From positions 224,001 through 288,000 of the forward strand of contig JASGHJ010000002.1 in NCBI GenBank assembly GCA_047602405.1: a stretch of DNA of 64,000 nt, written 5' to 3'. The stretch comes from Anaeromyxobacteraceae bacterium. Lineage in GTDB: Bacteria > Myxococcota > Myxococcia > Myxococcales > Anaeromyxobacteraceae. Under the pieces are notes generated by a model, which saw nothing but the letters and a program-made list of their open reading frames with translations, made no database searches and was not told the origin of the DNA. Position 1 is the first letter of the stretch; each line of letters begins with the position of its first letter. Below, piece after piece: positions 38,077 through 49,653 of the stretch. The translations under genes and the position numbers were made by a program.

Positions 38077-38676
38077 ATGAAGCTCGGTTCAACCCAGCGC
38101 CTGCGCGACCGCATGAAGGAGGAGGCCCAGCGGGCCATCCTCGAGGCGGCGGAGCACGTCTTCGGCGAGGAGGGCTTCTCCGCCCGGCTCGACCGCGTCG
38201 CGGCGCGCGCCGGCGTGGCCGTGGGGACGCTGTACAACCACTTCGAGGACCGCGAGGCCCTCGTGGGCGCCCTCTCGAGGGCCCGGCGCGAGGCCCTGCT
38301 CGCGCGGCTCGACGCCGCGCTCGAGGCGGGGCAGGGGAAGCCGTTCGAGGCCCAGCTCCGCTCGCTCCTCGCCGCGTTCGGCGAGCACGTGCGCACCCAC
38401 GGGCGCTTCCTCTCCCGGCTCGCGCAGGCGGGCGAGGGCCCGGCGCGCGCCGTGCCCCGGGGCACGCTCCTCGACGCGCTCCGCGCCCGCGCCGACGTCC
38501 TCGTGGCCCGCGGCGTGGAGGTGGGGGCGCTGCGCGAGGACGGGCGGGAGCGCTTCGGCCTCGCGCTCGTGGGCCTCGCCCGCACGCTCCTCATCCAGGC
38601 GCTCGTGTCCGGCGAGGACTTCGCCGCCACCGAGGCCGCCGTGGCGGAGCTCTTCCTCAGGGGGGCCGGCCGGTGA
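38077..38676 (+). CDS. TetR/AcrR family transcriptional regulator
   Basis: ILEAAEHVF..EGF...VAARAGVAVGTLYNHF. Confidence 0.93.
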   Translation: MKLGSTQRLRDRMKEEAQRAILEAAEHVFGEEGFSARLDRVAARAGVAVGTLYNHFEDREALVGALSRARREALLARLDAALEAGQGKPFEAQLRSLLAAFGEHVRTHGRFLSRLAQAGEGPARAVPRGTLLDALRARADVLVARGVEVGALREDGRERFGLALVGLARTLLIQALVSGEDFAATEAAVAELFLRGAGR

Positions 38677-40259
38677 CCGCGCGCCCGCCCGTGAACAAGT
38701 GGCTCGTCACCCTCTCGGTGACCTTCGGCACGCTCATGGGCGCGATCGACACGTCGATCGTGAACGTCGCGCTGCCGCAGATCCGCGGAGCGGTCGGCGC
38801 GACGGTCCAGGAGATCACCTGGATCTCGACCGGCTTCGCGATCGCGACGGTCATCGTGATGCCGCTCACCGGCTTCCTCGGCCGGCTCTTCGGCCAGAAG
38901 CGGGTCTACCTCGCGAGCCTCGTGCTCTTCATCGGCGGCTCGGCGCTCTGCGGCTTCGCGGGGAGCCTCTGGACCCTCGTCCTCGCCCGCGCGCTGCAGG
39001 GCTTCGGCGCCGGCGCGCTGCAGCCCACCGAGCAGGCCATCCTCCGCCAGACCTTCCCGCCCGAGGAGCAGGGCACGGCGATGGCGCTCTTCGGCATGGC
39101 GGTGATGCTCGGCCCGGCCATCGGGCCCACCCTGGGCGGGTGGATCGTCGACAACTTCCACTGGTCCTGGATCTTCTTCATCAACCTGCCGGTGGGCGCG
39201 CTCGGCCTCTTCATGGTGACGCGCTTCGTGCACGAGCCCGACGACGTGCGCACCGCGAACGCCGCCGCAGCCGTCCACCAGCGCGCCAACATGGACTGGC
39301 TGGGCATCGCGCTCCTCGCGATCGGGCTCGCCTCGCTGCAGTTCTTCCTCGAGGAGGGGCAGCAGCACGACTGGTTCGAGTCGCGCGGCATCACCGCCAT
39401 CGCGGTGCTCTCGGCGGGCGCCCTCCTCCTCTTCGTGTGGCGGGAGCTCACCGCCCCGGTGCCGGCGGTGAACCTCCGGCTCTTCAAGGATCCGGTCTTC
39501 ACCTCGGCGTCCCTCATCGGCGCCGTGATGTTCGCGATCATGCTCTCGAGCATGTTCCTCCTGCCGCTCTTCATGCAGGAGCTCCTCGGCTTCACCGCCA
39601 TGCAGTCCGGGCTCGCGCTCATGCCGCGCGTGCTCGTGATGATGGTCGCGACCCCGATCGTCGGCCGGCTCTACCGCAAGGTCCCGGCCCGCGCGCTCAT
39701 CGTCTGCGGCGTGGTCTTCGTGGCGCTGGGCTCGTTCATGGCCTCGCGGATCAACCTCGACTCCGGCTCCGCGGGCGTGGTGCACGCCATCATGGTGCAG
39801 GGCATCGGCTTCAGCTGCCTCTTCGTGCCGCTCACCACCACCGCGCTCGCGAACGTCCCGCGGGCGAGGCTCGCCGACGCCACGGGCCTCAACTCGCTGC
39901 TCCGCCAGACCGGCGCCTCGATGGGGCTCGCGATCTTCGCGACCCTGCTGTCGCGGCACGGCTCGGAGGCGCGGCACGCGCTCGCCGGTCACCTCACGCT
40001 CGACCGGCCCGAGGTGGTCGACCGCCTGCAGGCGCTCGCCGGGGGCTTCGCCGCCCGCGGCTTCGATCCGGTCGCGGCGCGGGACGCCGCGCTGCGCGCG
40101 CTCGACGGGCTCCTCACCCGGCAGGCGATGGTGATCGCCTTCGATCGGGTACTGCTCCTGACGGGCATCCTCTTCCTGCTCATCCTGCCCTTGCTGTTCT
40201 TCCTGAAGGTGAAGCGTGCGCCGGCGACGCAGCCGCCGCACGTCGAGATGGAGATGTGA
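38673..40259 (+). CDS. DHA2-family MFS efflux permease (EmrB/QacA)
   Basis: DTSIVNVALP, WIFFINLPVG, ~14 TM segments. Confidence 0.93.
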   Translation: MTARPPVNKWLVTLSVTFGTLMGAIDTSIVNVALPQIRGAVGATVQEITWISTGFAIATVIVMPLTGFLGRLFGQKRVYLASLVLFIGGSALCGFAGSLWTLVLARALQGFGAGALQPTEQAILRQTFPPEEQGTAMALFGMAVMLGPAIGPTLGGWIVDNFHWSWIFFINLPVGALGLFMVTRFVHEPDDVRTANAAAAVHQRANMDWLGIALLAIGLASLQFFLEEGQQHDWFESRGITAIAVLSAGALLLFVWRELTAPVPAVNLRLFKDPVFTSASLIGAVMFAIMLSSMFLLPLFMQELLGFTAMQSGLALMPRVLVMMVATPIVGRLYRKVPARALIVCGVVFVALGSFMASRINLDSGSAGVVHAIMVQGIGFSCLFVPLTTTALANVPRARLADATGLNSLLRQTGASMGLAIFATLLSRHGSEARHALAGHLTLDRPEVVDRLQALAGGFAARGFDPVAARDAALRALDGLLTRQAMVIAFDRVLLLTGILFLLILPLLFFLKVKRAPATQPPHVEMEM

Positions 40260-40263
40260 TCCG

Positions 40264-41307
40264 ATGACTCCCCCTGCCGATCCCGACCGCAAGCTGCACG
40301 AGGTACCGGCCGCGACGCCGCCGGCCGAACCGCCCAGGAAGAAGCGCCGCGCCCCGCTCGTCGTGGGGCTCGTCGTCCTCCTCGTGGGCGCCGGGCTCGG
40401 CGTCCGCGCGTTCGCCCTGCGCGGCGACGAGACCACCGACGACGCGCAGGTGGAGGCCGACGTGGTCGCGGTCGCGCCCCGGATCGGCGGCACGATCGCC
40501 GAGGTGCTCGTCTCGTCCGACACGGTCGTCGAGGCGGGCCAGCCGCTCGTGCGGCTCGACGACGCCGATCTCGCGGTCAAGGTGAAGGCCGCCGAGGCCG
40601 AGCTCGAGACGGCCCGGGCGCAGGTCGCCTCCGCCGTCGCCCAGGTCGCCGCCGCGCGCGCGACCGTGACCCGGGCCGAGGCGGAGGCCGAGAAGGCCCG
40701 CCTCGACCTCGACCGCGCCGAGGCGCTCCGCCAGGGCGGCGCCATCGCGGCCGAGCGCTACGACCAGTCCCGGCTCTCGTCCGAGACCACCCGGGCCGGC
40801 GCCGGCGCGAACCGCGCGCAGTACGCGGCGGCGCTCGCGGCGGAGTCGCTCGCGAACGCGCGGGTGCGGAGCGCCGAGGCCGCGCTCGAGCTCGCCCGGC
40901 TCCAGCGCTCCTACGCCGTCGTGAAGGCCCCGGCGCGCGGCACCGTCTCCCGCGTGGGCGCGCGCGTCGGCCAGATCGTCCAGGCCGGCCAGGCGCTCGG
41001 GCAGCTCGTGCCGGCCTCGACCTACGTCGTCGCGAACTTCAAGGAGACCCAGACCGGCGGCATCCACGCCGGCCAGGCGGTCGAGGTCGAGGTCGACGCG
41101 TACCCCGGCCGCACGCTCCACGGGAAGGTCGAGACCCTCTCCGGCGGCACCGGCGCGCGCTTCGCGCTCCTCCCGCCCGACAACGCCTCGGGCAACTTCG
41201 TGAAGGTGGTCGAGCGGGTGCCGGTCCGGATCTCGTGGACCGACGCGCCCGCGGACCTCGCGATGCGGGCAGGCCTCTCCGCCACGGTGACCGTCCACAC
41301 CCGCTGA
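40264..41307 (+). CDS. HlyD/EmrA-family membrane fusion protein
   Basis: TTDDAQV, VVANFKETQ, LLPPDNASGNFVKVVERVPVRI. Confidence 0.93.
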   Translation: MTPPADPDRKLHEVPAATPPAEPPRKKRRAPLVVGLVVLLVGAGLGVRAFALRGDETTDDAQVEADVVAVAPRIGGTIAEVLVSSDTVVEAGQPLVRLDDADLAVKVKAAEAELETARAQVASAVAQVAAARATVTRAEAEAEKARLDLDRAEALRQGGAIAAERYDQSRLSSETTRAGAGANRAQYAAALAAESLANARVRSAEAALELARLQRSYAVVKAPARGTVSRVGARVGQIVQAGQALGQLVPASTYVVANFKETQTGGIHAGQAVEVEVDAYPGRTLHGKVETLSGGTGARFALLPPDNASGNFVKVVERVPVRISWTDAPADLAMRAGLSATVTVHTR

Positions 41308-41369
41308 GGCCCCCTCGGGGGCCCTCACGGTCCGTGGATCCGCCCCGGCGTCCCGGCTACGGTCGAAGG

Positions 41370-43373
41370 ATGCGCCGACTGGCACGCGTCCTCTTCGCCT
41401 CGGGCCTCGGGCTCGCCGACCCCGCCGCGGCGGAGGTCGAGCCTTCCGCCGAGCCGGAGGCCGTCGAGCTCGACACCATGGTGATCCGCACCGGGAAGGC
41501 GGACTCGCCCGGGGTCACCACCACCCGCCTCGACCGCGAGGCCCTGGAGCCGCTCGACGCGGGCTCGGCCGCCGAGCTCCTCGAGGCCGTCCCGGGCGCG
41601 CAGGCGCGCACGAACTCGCGCGGCGAGACGCTCGTCTACGTCCGGAACTCGGGCGAGCGGCAGCTCGCGGTGTACCTCGACGGCGCGCCGCTCAACGTGC
41701 CCTGGGACAACCGCGTCGACCTCTCCCTCGTGCCCGCGCCGCTCGTCGACCGGGTCGCGGTGATCCAGGGGCCGGCGCCGGTCGAGTACGGCACGAACGT
41801 CGCCGGCGGGGTCGTCGAGCTCGCGACCGGCTGGAGCCGCGGCGCGCGCCGCGCGGTGGTCGAGGTGCAGGCCGGCACCGGCGGGCGGCTGCAGCTCTCC
41901 GCCGGCCACGGCGCGGGGGAGGGGCCCTGGCGCTGGTCCTTCGGCCTCACGCACGCGCAGGCGGACGGCCAGGCGCTCGCCTCGGGCGCGGACCTCGCCT
42001 TCAGCCAGCCGGCCGGCTCGCTGCGGACCAACACCGACGCGCGCACCACCGCGCTCGCGGCCCGGGGCGGCTGGGACGCGGGACACGGCACCTCCGTCGC
42101 GCTCACGGTCGCCCACCTCGACGCCGAGCGCGGGATCGCCCCCGAGGGCCACCGCGACCCGTCGGTCGCGCGCGTCCGCTTCTGGCGCTACCCGGAGGCG
42201 CGCACCACGATGGCCGTCGTCTCCGCGGAGGGCGCTCCGCTGCCGCGGCTGGGCTGGCGCGGCGCGGCCTGGGCGAGCCGGTCGGTGCAGCTCATCGACG
42301 CCTACGCCGACGCGACCTACGCGACGGTCCGCTCCCGCGAGGACGACGACGACCGGACCTTCGGCGGCCGCCTCGCCGGCCGGTACGCGCTCGGCGCCGC
42401 CGGGCTCACGCTGGCGGTCAATGCGCTCTCCTCGACGCACCTCCAGCGCGACCTCACGTTCAGCGCGACCGCCACGCCGGCGCCGCGCCTCGTCTACCGC
42501 CAGGCGACCTTCTCGAGCGGCGCGGCCCTCGAAGCCGCGCCCTGGGCCGGCGCGGCGGCGACCGCGGGCGTGAGCTGGGACGCGATGTCGCCGCTGCGCA
42601 CCGGCGACAAGCCCGACCTCGACCGCTTCGACGGCCTCGGCGCGAACGCCGGCCTGACGCAGGACCTCGGGCCCGTCCGGCTCCGCGCGGCCGCGGGGCG
42701 CAAGGTCCGGTTCCCGACCCTCCGCGAGCTCTTCGGCGACGCGCTCGGCCAGTTCCTCGTCAACCCGGGCCTGCGGCCGGAGACGTCGCTCCTCGGCGAG
42801 GCGGGAATCGAGGTGCGGGCCGCCGGCGTCCGGGCGGGCCTCACCGCGTTCGGCACCCGCACCCGGGACGCCATCGACCAGCGCTCGGTCACGCTGCCGG
42901 GGGAGACCCGGCCGCGGCGCCAGCGGATCAACCTCGAGGGCTCGCGGGTGGTCGGGGCCGAGCTCGCGGTGGTCGCGCTGCTGCCGCGCCACCTCGAGGT
43001 CGACGGCAGCCTCGTGGTCTCCCGCGCGCGGCGCGTCGCGGACGCGCCGGGCGGCGAGACGCGCCTCGCCGAGAAGCCGGAGGCGCTCGGCCGGCTCGCG
43101 CTCGGGTGGGCGCCGCCCGAGGGCGCGTCGGCGCGGGTCACCGCGAGCTACACGGGGCGGGCGTACTCGCTCGCGGACGACGGCAGCTTCGTGGCGCTGC
43201 CGTCCTCGCTCGCGTTCGACGCGCGGCTCGGCTGGCGGGTGCGGTGGGAGGGCGACAGGACGGCGGAGCTGTTCGTCCGCGCCGACAACCTCACCGACGC
43301 GACCGTGGTGCCTCAGCTCGGCCTGCCGGCGCCCGGCCGCACGGTGCAGGTGGGCGCGAACGTCGGGTTCTGA
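41370..43373 (+). CDS. TonB-dependent receptor
   Basis: DTMVI TonB-box-like segment, plug motifs (YLDGAPL, YG..AGGVV), DNLTD..PGRTV, C-terminal Phe. Confidence 0.9.
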   Translation: MRRLARVLFASGLGLADPAAAEVEPSAEPEAVELDTMVIRTGKADSPGVTTTRLDREALEPLDAGSAAELLEAVPGAQARTNSRGETLVYVRNSGERQLAVYLDGAPLNVPWDNRVDLSLVPAPLVDRVAVIQGPAPVEYGTNVAGGVVELATGWSRGARRAVVEVQAGTGGRLQLSAGHGAGEGPWRWSFGLTHAQADGQALASGADLAFSQPAGSLRTNTDARTTALAARGGWDAGHGTSVALTVAHLDAERGIAPEGHRDPSVARVRFWRYPEARTTMAVVSAEGAPLPRLGWRGAAWASRSVQLIDAYADATYATVRSREDDDDRTFGGRLAGRYALGAAGLTLAVNALSSTHLQRDLTFSATATPAPRLVYRQATFSSGAALEAAPWAGAAATAGVSWDAMSPLRTGDKPDLDRFDGLGANAGLTQDLGPVRLRAAAGRKVRFPTLRELFGDALGQFLVNPGLRPETSLLGEAGIEVRAAGVRAGLTAFGTRTRDAIDQRSVTLPGETRPRRQRINLEGSRVVGAELAVVALLPRHLEVDGSLVVSRARRVADAPGGETRLAEKPEALGRLALGWAPPEGASARVTASYTGRAYSLADDGSFVALPSSLAFDARLGWRVRWEGDRTAELFVRADNLTDATVVPQLGLPAPGRTVQVGANVGF

Positions 43374-43387
43374 ATCTCGCGGGGGCG

Positions 43388-43435
43388 TCCCTCGACTCCG
43401 GCCCGCTTCGCGGGCCTACGCTCGGGATGAGCGGT
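43388..43435 (+). repeat. REP-like palindromic repeat, family 2, copy 2
   Basis: tccctcgactccggcccgc..gcgggcctacgctcgggatgagcggt. Confidence 0.8.
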
Positions 43436-43445
43436 CCGGGCGAGG

Positions 43446-43853
43446 CTAATCCTTCCGCCCGCCCTGGATGACGCCGAACCGGGGGCGCTTCTTGACCGGA
43501 GGTTTCAGTCCGCCACCCAGGACGGACGGCCAGGGGAACGCGCAGTCGTGCCGCAGCCCCCTGAAGGTGAGGGTGCACCGGATGCCCCACTCGTCGAGCA
43601 TGAGCTCCGGGCAATCGCGCCCGACCACGAGGTTCACCCGGACGACGTCCTCGGCCTCGAGGTACCGGGGCAGCTCGACCCCGGGTGCGGCCGGCGCGAC
43701 GTGCACGTACTCGAGGGCGGCCGCCTCCTGGCAGGCCTCCAGCATCTCGCCGTAGCGGCGCTGGAGCGCGTACAGGCCGAGGACCCCCTGCGACCAGGCG
43801 GGACAGGTCGGCAGGCAGCGGCCGTCGGGAGCGTGATCGTGCGGGGATTCCAA
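43446..43853 (-). CDS. SspB-like (ClpXP specificity factor-like) protein
   Basis: GVELP..L, LMLDEWGIRCTLTFRG...C.FPWPSV, C-terminal RPRFGVIQGG. Confidence 0.65.
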   Translation of the reverse strand: MESPHDHAPDGRCLPTCPAWSQGVLGLYALQRRYGEMLEACQEAAALEYVHVAPAAPGVELPRYLEAEDVVRVNLVVGRDCPELMLDEWGIRCTLTFRGLRHDCAFPWPSVLGGGLKPPVKKRPRFGVIQGGRKD

Positions 43854-43934
43854 GGCGGCCCTCTCCTACCACGATCCCGGGCGCGTGGGCCCGGTGCGTG
43901 GTAGGACACGGGGACTCAAGCTTTCGCGACCCAC

Positions 43935-44016
43935 GGGCGGGTGGCGAAACTGGCAGACGCACCAGACTTAGGATCTGGAGCCGAAAGGCGTGAGGGTTCG
44001 AGTCCCTCCCCGCCCA
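43935..44016 (+). tRNA. tRNA-Leu(TAG)
   Basis: GGGCGGG/CCCGCCC; ccaga-ct-TAG-ga-tctgg; long variable arm. Confidence 0.95.
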
Positions 44017-44092
44017 CTTGCCGCTTGACCGACCCCGCCGCGGGCCGTATCGCTACCCGCCCGAAACCACTGCACCTCCGGAGCGAGCCACG

Positions 44093-45379
44093 ATGAAGAT
44101 CCAGGTCGAGAACGTTTCCCCCGTCGAGCGCAAGGTGACCATCGAGGTCGACCCGGAGCGCGTCGCGAAGGAGCTCGAGCGGGCCTACCGCGGCCTCTCG
44201 CGGCGGGTGAAGGTGGCGGGCTTCCGCCCCGGCAAGGCGCCGCGCAACGTGCTCGAGCGCCACTACAAGCCGGAGGTCGAGGGCGAGGTGCTCGAGAAGC
44301 TCGTCCAGGACACCTTCGTCGAGGCGGTGAAGGTCGAGTCGATCGCCCCGGTCGCCCCGCCGCAGGTCTCCATCACCGAGCCGCTCGCCGAGGGCCAGGC
44401 GCTCAAGTTCTCCGCCAAGGTCGAGGTGAAGGCGAAGTTCGAGCCGAAGGGCTACAAGGGCCTCAAGGTCGAGAAGAAGGCCGCCGAGGTCACCGACGCG
44501 CTCATCGACGAGGAGCTCAAGAAGCTCCAGGACCGCGCCGCGAAGCTCGAGCCGGTCGCCGACCGCCTCGAGGCGAAGGAGGGCGACTGGGCCGTCATCG
44601 ACCACAAGGGTACGGTCGACGGCGCCCCGTTCGACGGCTCCGACGCCGACGGCGTCACGGTGAAGCTCGAGCAGGGCACCATGCTCGACGGCAACATCCC
44701 GCAGCTCATCGGGAAGGCCGTCGGCGCCACGGTCGAGTTCGAGCAGGAGCTCCCGGCCGACTACCGCGTGGCCGCGGTCGCCGGGAAGGTCGCGAAGATG
44801 TCGGTGACCCTGCGCGGCCTCCGCCAGAAGGTGCTCCCGGCCCTCGACGAGGCCTTCGTGAAGGAGATCGGCCTCGAGGGGGTCGAGACCCTCGACGCGC
44901 TCAAGGCCCGGATGCGCGCCGACCTCGAGAAGCGCGAGACCCGCAAGGTCGAGAGCGAGTTCAAGGACGCGCTCGTGAAGTCCGCGCTCGGGGAGAACTC
45001 CTTCGAGGTGCCGCCCGCGCTCGTCGAGCGCGCCATCGACACCATGATCGAGGGTGCGGCGGAGCGCTTCGCCCGCTCGGGCCTCGACATCCGCAACATG
45101 GACCTCGACTTCGCGCGCATGCGTGGCGACCTTCGCGACCAGGCGCTGCAGCAGGTGCGCGGCGCCCTGTTGCTCGAGGCCATCGCGGACCACGAGAAGG
45201 TCGAGGTCACGGAGGAGGACTTGCAGAAGGAGCTCGGGCGCCTGTCGGAGGACATCGGGGTCCCGCTCGAGATGCTGAAGAAGCAGATGCGCGGCGTGGA
45301 GCAGCGCGAGGCGCTAAAGAGCAGGGTGCGGGAGGAGAAGGTCCTCGCGCTCATGGCGGCGGCGGTCGCGCCGGCCTAG
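44093..45379 (+). CDS. tig: Trigger factor
   Basis: [12 protein letters not shown]-like middle domain; upstream of clpP-clpX. Confidence 0.95.
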   Translation: MKIQVENVSPVERKVTIEVDPERVAKELERAYRGLSRRVKVAGFRPGKAPRNVLERHYKPEVEGEVLEKLVQDTFVEAVKVESIAPVAPPQVSITEPLAEGQALKFSAKVEVKAKFEPKGYKGLKVEKKAAEVTDALIDEELKKLQDRAAKLEPVADRLEAKEGDWAVIDHKGTVDGAPFDGSDADGVTVKLEQGTMLDGNIPQLIGKAVGATVEFEQELPADYRVAAVAGKVAKMSVTLRGLRQKVLPALDEAFVKEIGLEGVETLDALKARMRADLEKRETRKVESEFKDALVKSALGENSFEVPPALVERAIDTMIEGAAERFARSGLDIRNMDLDFARMRGDLRDQALQQVRGALLLEAIADHEKVEVTEEDLQKELGRLSEDIGVPLEMLKKQMRGVEQREALKSRVREEKVLALMAAAVAPA

Positions 45380-45449
45380 ATACTGGATCCGAAGCCGGCA
45401 GCGCGGCGCAGCGACGCGAGCCGAGAGGCAGCACGGAAGAGAGGAACCG

Positions 45450-46061
45450 ATGCCCTACATCCCCATGCCGTTCGTCGTCGAGCAGACCCACCGCGGCGAG
45501 CGGAGCTACGACATCTACTCCCGCCTGCTCAAGGACCGCATCGTGTTCCTGGGCACGCCGGTCGACGACGACGTCGCGAACGTCATCATCGCCCAGCTCC
45601 TCTTCCTCGAGTCCGAGGACCCGGACAAGGACATCAGCCTCTACATCAACAGCCCGGGCGGCTCGGTGACCTCCGGGCTCGCGATCTACGACACCATGCA
45701 GTACGTGAAGCCCCAGGTGTCCACCATCTGCCTCGGCCAGGCCGCCTCGATGGGCGCCTTCCTGCTCGCCGGCGGCGCGGCCGGGAAGCGCTTCGCCGTG
45801 CCGAACGCCCGGATCATGATCCACCAGCCCCTGGGGGGCTTCCAGGGCCAGGCCACCGACATCGAGATCCAGGCCAAGGAGATCCTCCGGATCAAGGCCA
45901 AGCTGAACGAGATCCTGGCCAAGCACACGAAGCAGCCGGTCGAGCGCATCGAGAAGGACACCGACCGGGACAACTTCATGGGTCCCGGAGAGGCCAAGGA
46001 ATACGGGCTGATCGACCAGGTGATCGTCCACAACAAGGCGGCGGTGAAGAAGGACCAGTAA
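45450..46061 (+). CDS. clpP: ATP-dependent Clp protease proteolytic subunit
   Basis: [30 protein letters not shown]. Confidence 0.97.
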   Translation: MPYIPMPFVVEQTHRGERSYDIYSRLLKDRIVFLGTPVDDDVANVIIAQLLFLESEDPDKDISLYINSPGGSVTSGLAIYDTMQYVKPQVSTICLGQAASMGAFLLAGGAAGKRFAVPNARIMIHQPLGGFQGQATDIEIQAKEILRIKAKLNEILAKHTKQPVERIEKDTDRDNFMGPGEAKEYGLIDQVIVHNKAAVKKDQ

Positions 46062-46164
46062 GATGGTGGGAGGGGGGCCGCACGCCCCCCCGGACCCGCC
46101 ACCCCGGCTCCGGTGCAGACGCACCTGAAGGGCGCCGGGGGCAAAGCCCGCGAGAGGACTTCAC

Positions 46165-47403
<1,239 letters not shown>

Positions 47404-47721
47404 CACTCCGCGCGCCGCTCCGCAGGGCCAGTCCACGCCACCAGGCTCCCGCTCGCGGCCCGGAAGTCCGCGAATTCACGAGCCCCGGCCCCCGCGTCGC
47501 GTCGTGGCCCCGTTCACTGTCAGTAACTTGATTCGGCGGACGTTCCCTCCGGATCCGGATCCCCCTCCGGATCCGATTCCGCCTCGGCCCCGCCGTTCCT
47601 GACCCTGATCAAGCCGCGGGAGCCGCGCGCTCTCGCGCGGGCCTTCGCCCTTGACGGACCGCACCGAGAGTGCGAGGCCAGGGTGGCGCGGGCCTCCTGG
47701 GGTCCGCCCGGGGGACCGCCC

Positions 47722-48096
47722 ATGATCCGCACCGCTCTCGTCGCGCTCGTCGGCGCGCTCGCGCTGCCCGCGCTGGCCTTGCCTACGCTCGGGACCGGCA
47801 TCCCCGCCGCCACGACGGTCACCTTCACTTCCGTGGACGCGGTGAAGGTCGAGGATGGCTACCTCGTCATCACCGGCGTCGTGGAGGGTGATGCTGCGGC
47901 GAGCAGCCGGTACGCCATCTTCGACCTGACCTCCAGCTACGGCCCGCTCGCGGCCCCGAACCTCGAGGCCTGCGAGCGGTTCGCGCTCACCTCCATGGAG
48001 CGCCCGGGGCGCTACAGGCTCGAGGTGACGCAGGGCCGCAACTCCTTCTCGCCGCCGATCACGTCGGGCTGCCGGCTGGTGCGGGTGGCCCCGTAG
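47722..48096 (+). CDS. Small secreted hypothetical protein
   Basis: Signal peptide MIRTALVALVGALALPALA; two Cys. Confidence 0.75.
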   Translation: MIRTALVALVGALALPALALPTLGTGIPAATTVTFTSVDAVKVEDGYLVITGVVEGDAAASSRYAIFDLTSSYGPLAAPNLEACERFALTSMERPGRYRLEVTQGRNSFSPPITSGCRLVRVAP

Positions 48097-48105
48097 GAGC
48101 GCGCC

Positions 48106-49620
48106 ATGTCGAACGCGAGGTGGCTCGCGCTCGCGGCGCTCCTCGCGGCGACCGCGTGCGGCCCTGAGGAGGCCCCACCCTGGGGCGGCACGTCGGATCC
48201 CGACGCCGATCACGATGGCTTCGCCGCGAGCGTGGACTGCGACGACGCGAACGCCGCCGCCTATCGCGCGGTGTCGCTCTTCCCGGACCTCGACGGCGAC
48301 GGTGTCGGCGCGGGCGCGCAGGCCGTGGTGTGCGCCGGGGCCGGGACGCCAGCGGGCTGGGCGGAGGCCGCCGGCGACTGCGCCCCGGGCGACGCGGCCG
48401 ACTGGCGCGAGCTTCCTTTCGCGGCTCGCGACGCCGACGGCGACGGCCGGTGGATCCTCGCGAGCGGCACGGTCTGTACCGGTGCGGCGCTCCCGCCGCG
48501 GTACGCGCTGAGCGCCGCCGGTGAGCTCGACTGCGACGACGGCGACCCGGGCCGCTTCCAGCTCCTCGGGCCCGTATTCGCCGACACCGACGGGGACGGC
48601 GTTGGCGCCGGCGCAGGTCAGCTGGTCTGCGCAGGCCGGGCGCTCCCGGCGGGCCTGTCGTGGACGGGCGACGACTGCGCACCGGCAGATCCGCTTTCCT
48701 GGCAGATGCTCACCTACCTTCACGTGGACGGCGATCGCGACGGCGCGACCATCCCGTCCTACGGTCAGCTCTGCACGGGCGACGCGCTGCCCCCCGGCTT
48801 CTCCACGGTGGCCTCCGGCGACGACTGCGACGACGCCGACGCCTCGCGCTCGACCTGGCGCTGGCTCCTGCCGGACGCCGACGGCGACGGCCGCGGCGCG
48901 GGCGTGGCGGAGCGCGTGTGCACGGGCCCGGGCGTGCCGGTTGGCTGGGCCACGGCGGGCGACGACTGCGCGCCCGACGACCCCGCGCGCTGGCGGGCCT
49001 GGGGATACACGGCACGTGACGCCGACGGGGACGGCGTCACGGTCCCCGCCATGGGGTCGCTCTGCCTCGACGACGGGCCGCCGCCCGCCGGTTACGGGAC
49101 CGTCGCGGTCGGTGACGACTGCGACGACGCGAACCCCACGCGCTGGGTCGCCGTCTCCGGGTTCCTGGACGCCGACGGCGACGGGGTCGGCGCGGGCCTC
49201 GCGGTCGCGGTGTGCACCGCGGGCGAGCGCCCACCGGGGCTCGCCGCAAGCGGGACGGACTGCGCGCCGGCGGATTCCTCGCGCTGGCGCGTGGCCTCGT
49301 ACGCGGGGGTCGATCGCGACGGCGACGGCGCCACCGCGCCGGAGGCCGGGCAGGTCTGCACGGGCGCGACGCTCCCGGAGCCCTACCGCGAGGCGCGCAG
49401 CGGCAACGACTGCGACGACGCGGACCCGGCGCGGTCCCGGTGGGTGGTGCTGTACGCCGACCAGGACGGCGACGGGGTGGGCGCCGGGCCGCGCGAGATC
49501 TCCTGCCTGGGCGCGTCGCTGCCCGCCGGGAGGGTGCTCCACGGCTGGGACGCCGACGATCTCGATCCCGGCGTGTTGGAGCCCGCCGAGCCGGGACTCC
49601 CGCTCGCGGTGTCGATGTAG
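48106..49620 (+). CDS. Lipoprotein with ten DxDxDG / Cys repeats (putative metal-binding)
   Basis: Lipobox ATAC; ten DxD(G/H/R)DG motifs with alternating DCDD/DCAP; GGAG RBS. Confidence 0.85.
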   Translation: MSNARWLALAALLAATACGPEEAPPWGGTSDPDADHDGFAASVDCDDANAAAYRAVSLFPDLDGDGVGAGAQAVVCAGAGTPAGWAEAAGDCAPGDAADWRELPFAARDADGDGRWILASGTVCTGAALPPRYALSAAGELDCDDGDPGRFQLLGPVFADTDGDGVGAGAGQLVCAGRALPAGLSWTGDDCAPADPLSWQMLTYLHVDGDRDGATIPSYGQLCTGDALPPGFSTVASGDDCDDADASRSTWRWLLPDADGDGRGAGVAERVCTGPGVPVGWATAGDDCAPDDPARWRAWGYTARDADGDGVTVPAMGSLCLDDGPPPAGYGTVAVGDDCDDANPTRWVAVSGFLDADGDGVGAGLAVAVCTAGERPPGLAASGTDCAPADSSRWRVASYAGVDRDGDGATAPEAGQVCTGATLPEPYREARSGNDCDDADPARSRWVVLYADQDGDGVGAGPREISCLGASLPAGRVLHGWDADDLDPGVLEPAEPGLPLAVSM

Positions 49621-49653
49621 CGGCACTCCGCGGCGAGGGGCCACCCCCTGGCT

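Noticed and set aside
36897..44016. Prophage or genomic island integrated at a tRNA
   Set aside because: No integrase, no duplicated tRNA 3' end seen, no compositional shift.
46062..46164. Hairpin-rich clpP-clpX spacer as an ncRNA
   Set aside because: Single copy; GC-rich stems of this size arise easily and there is no comparative evidence here.
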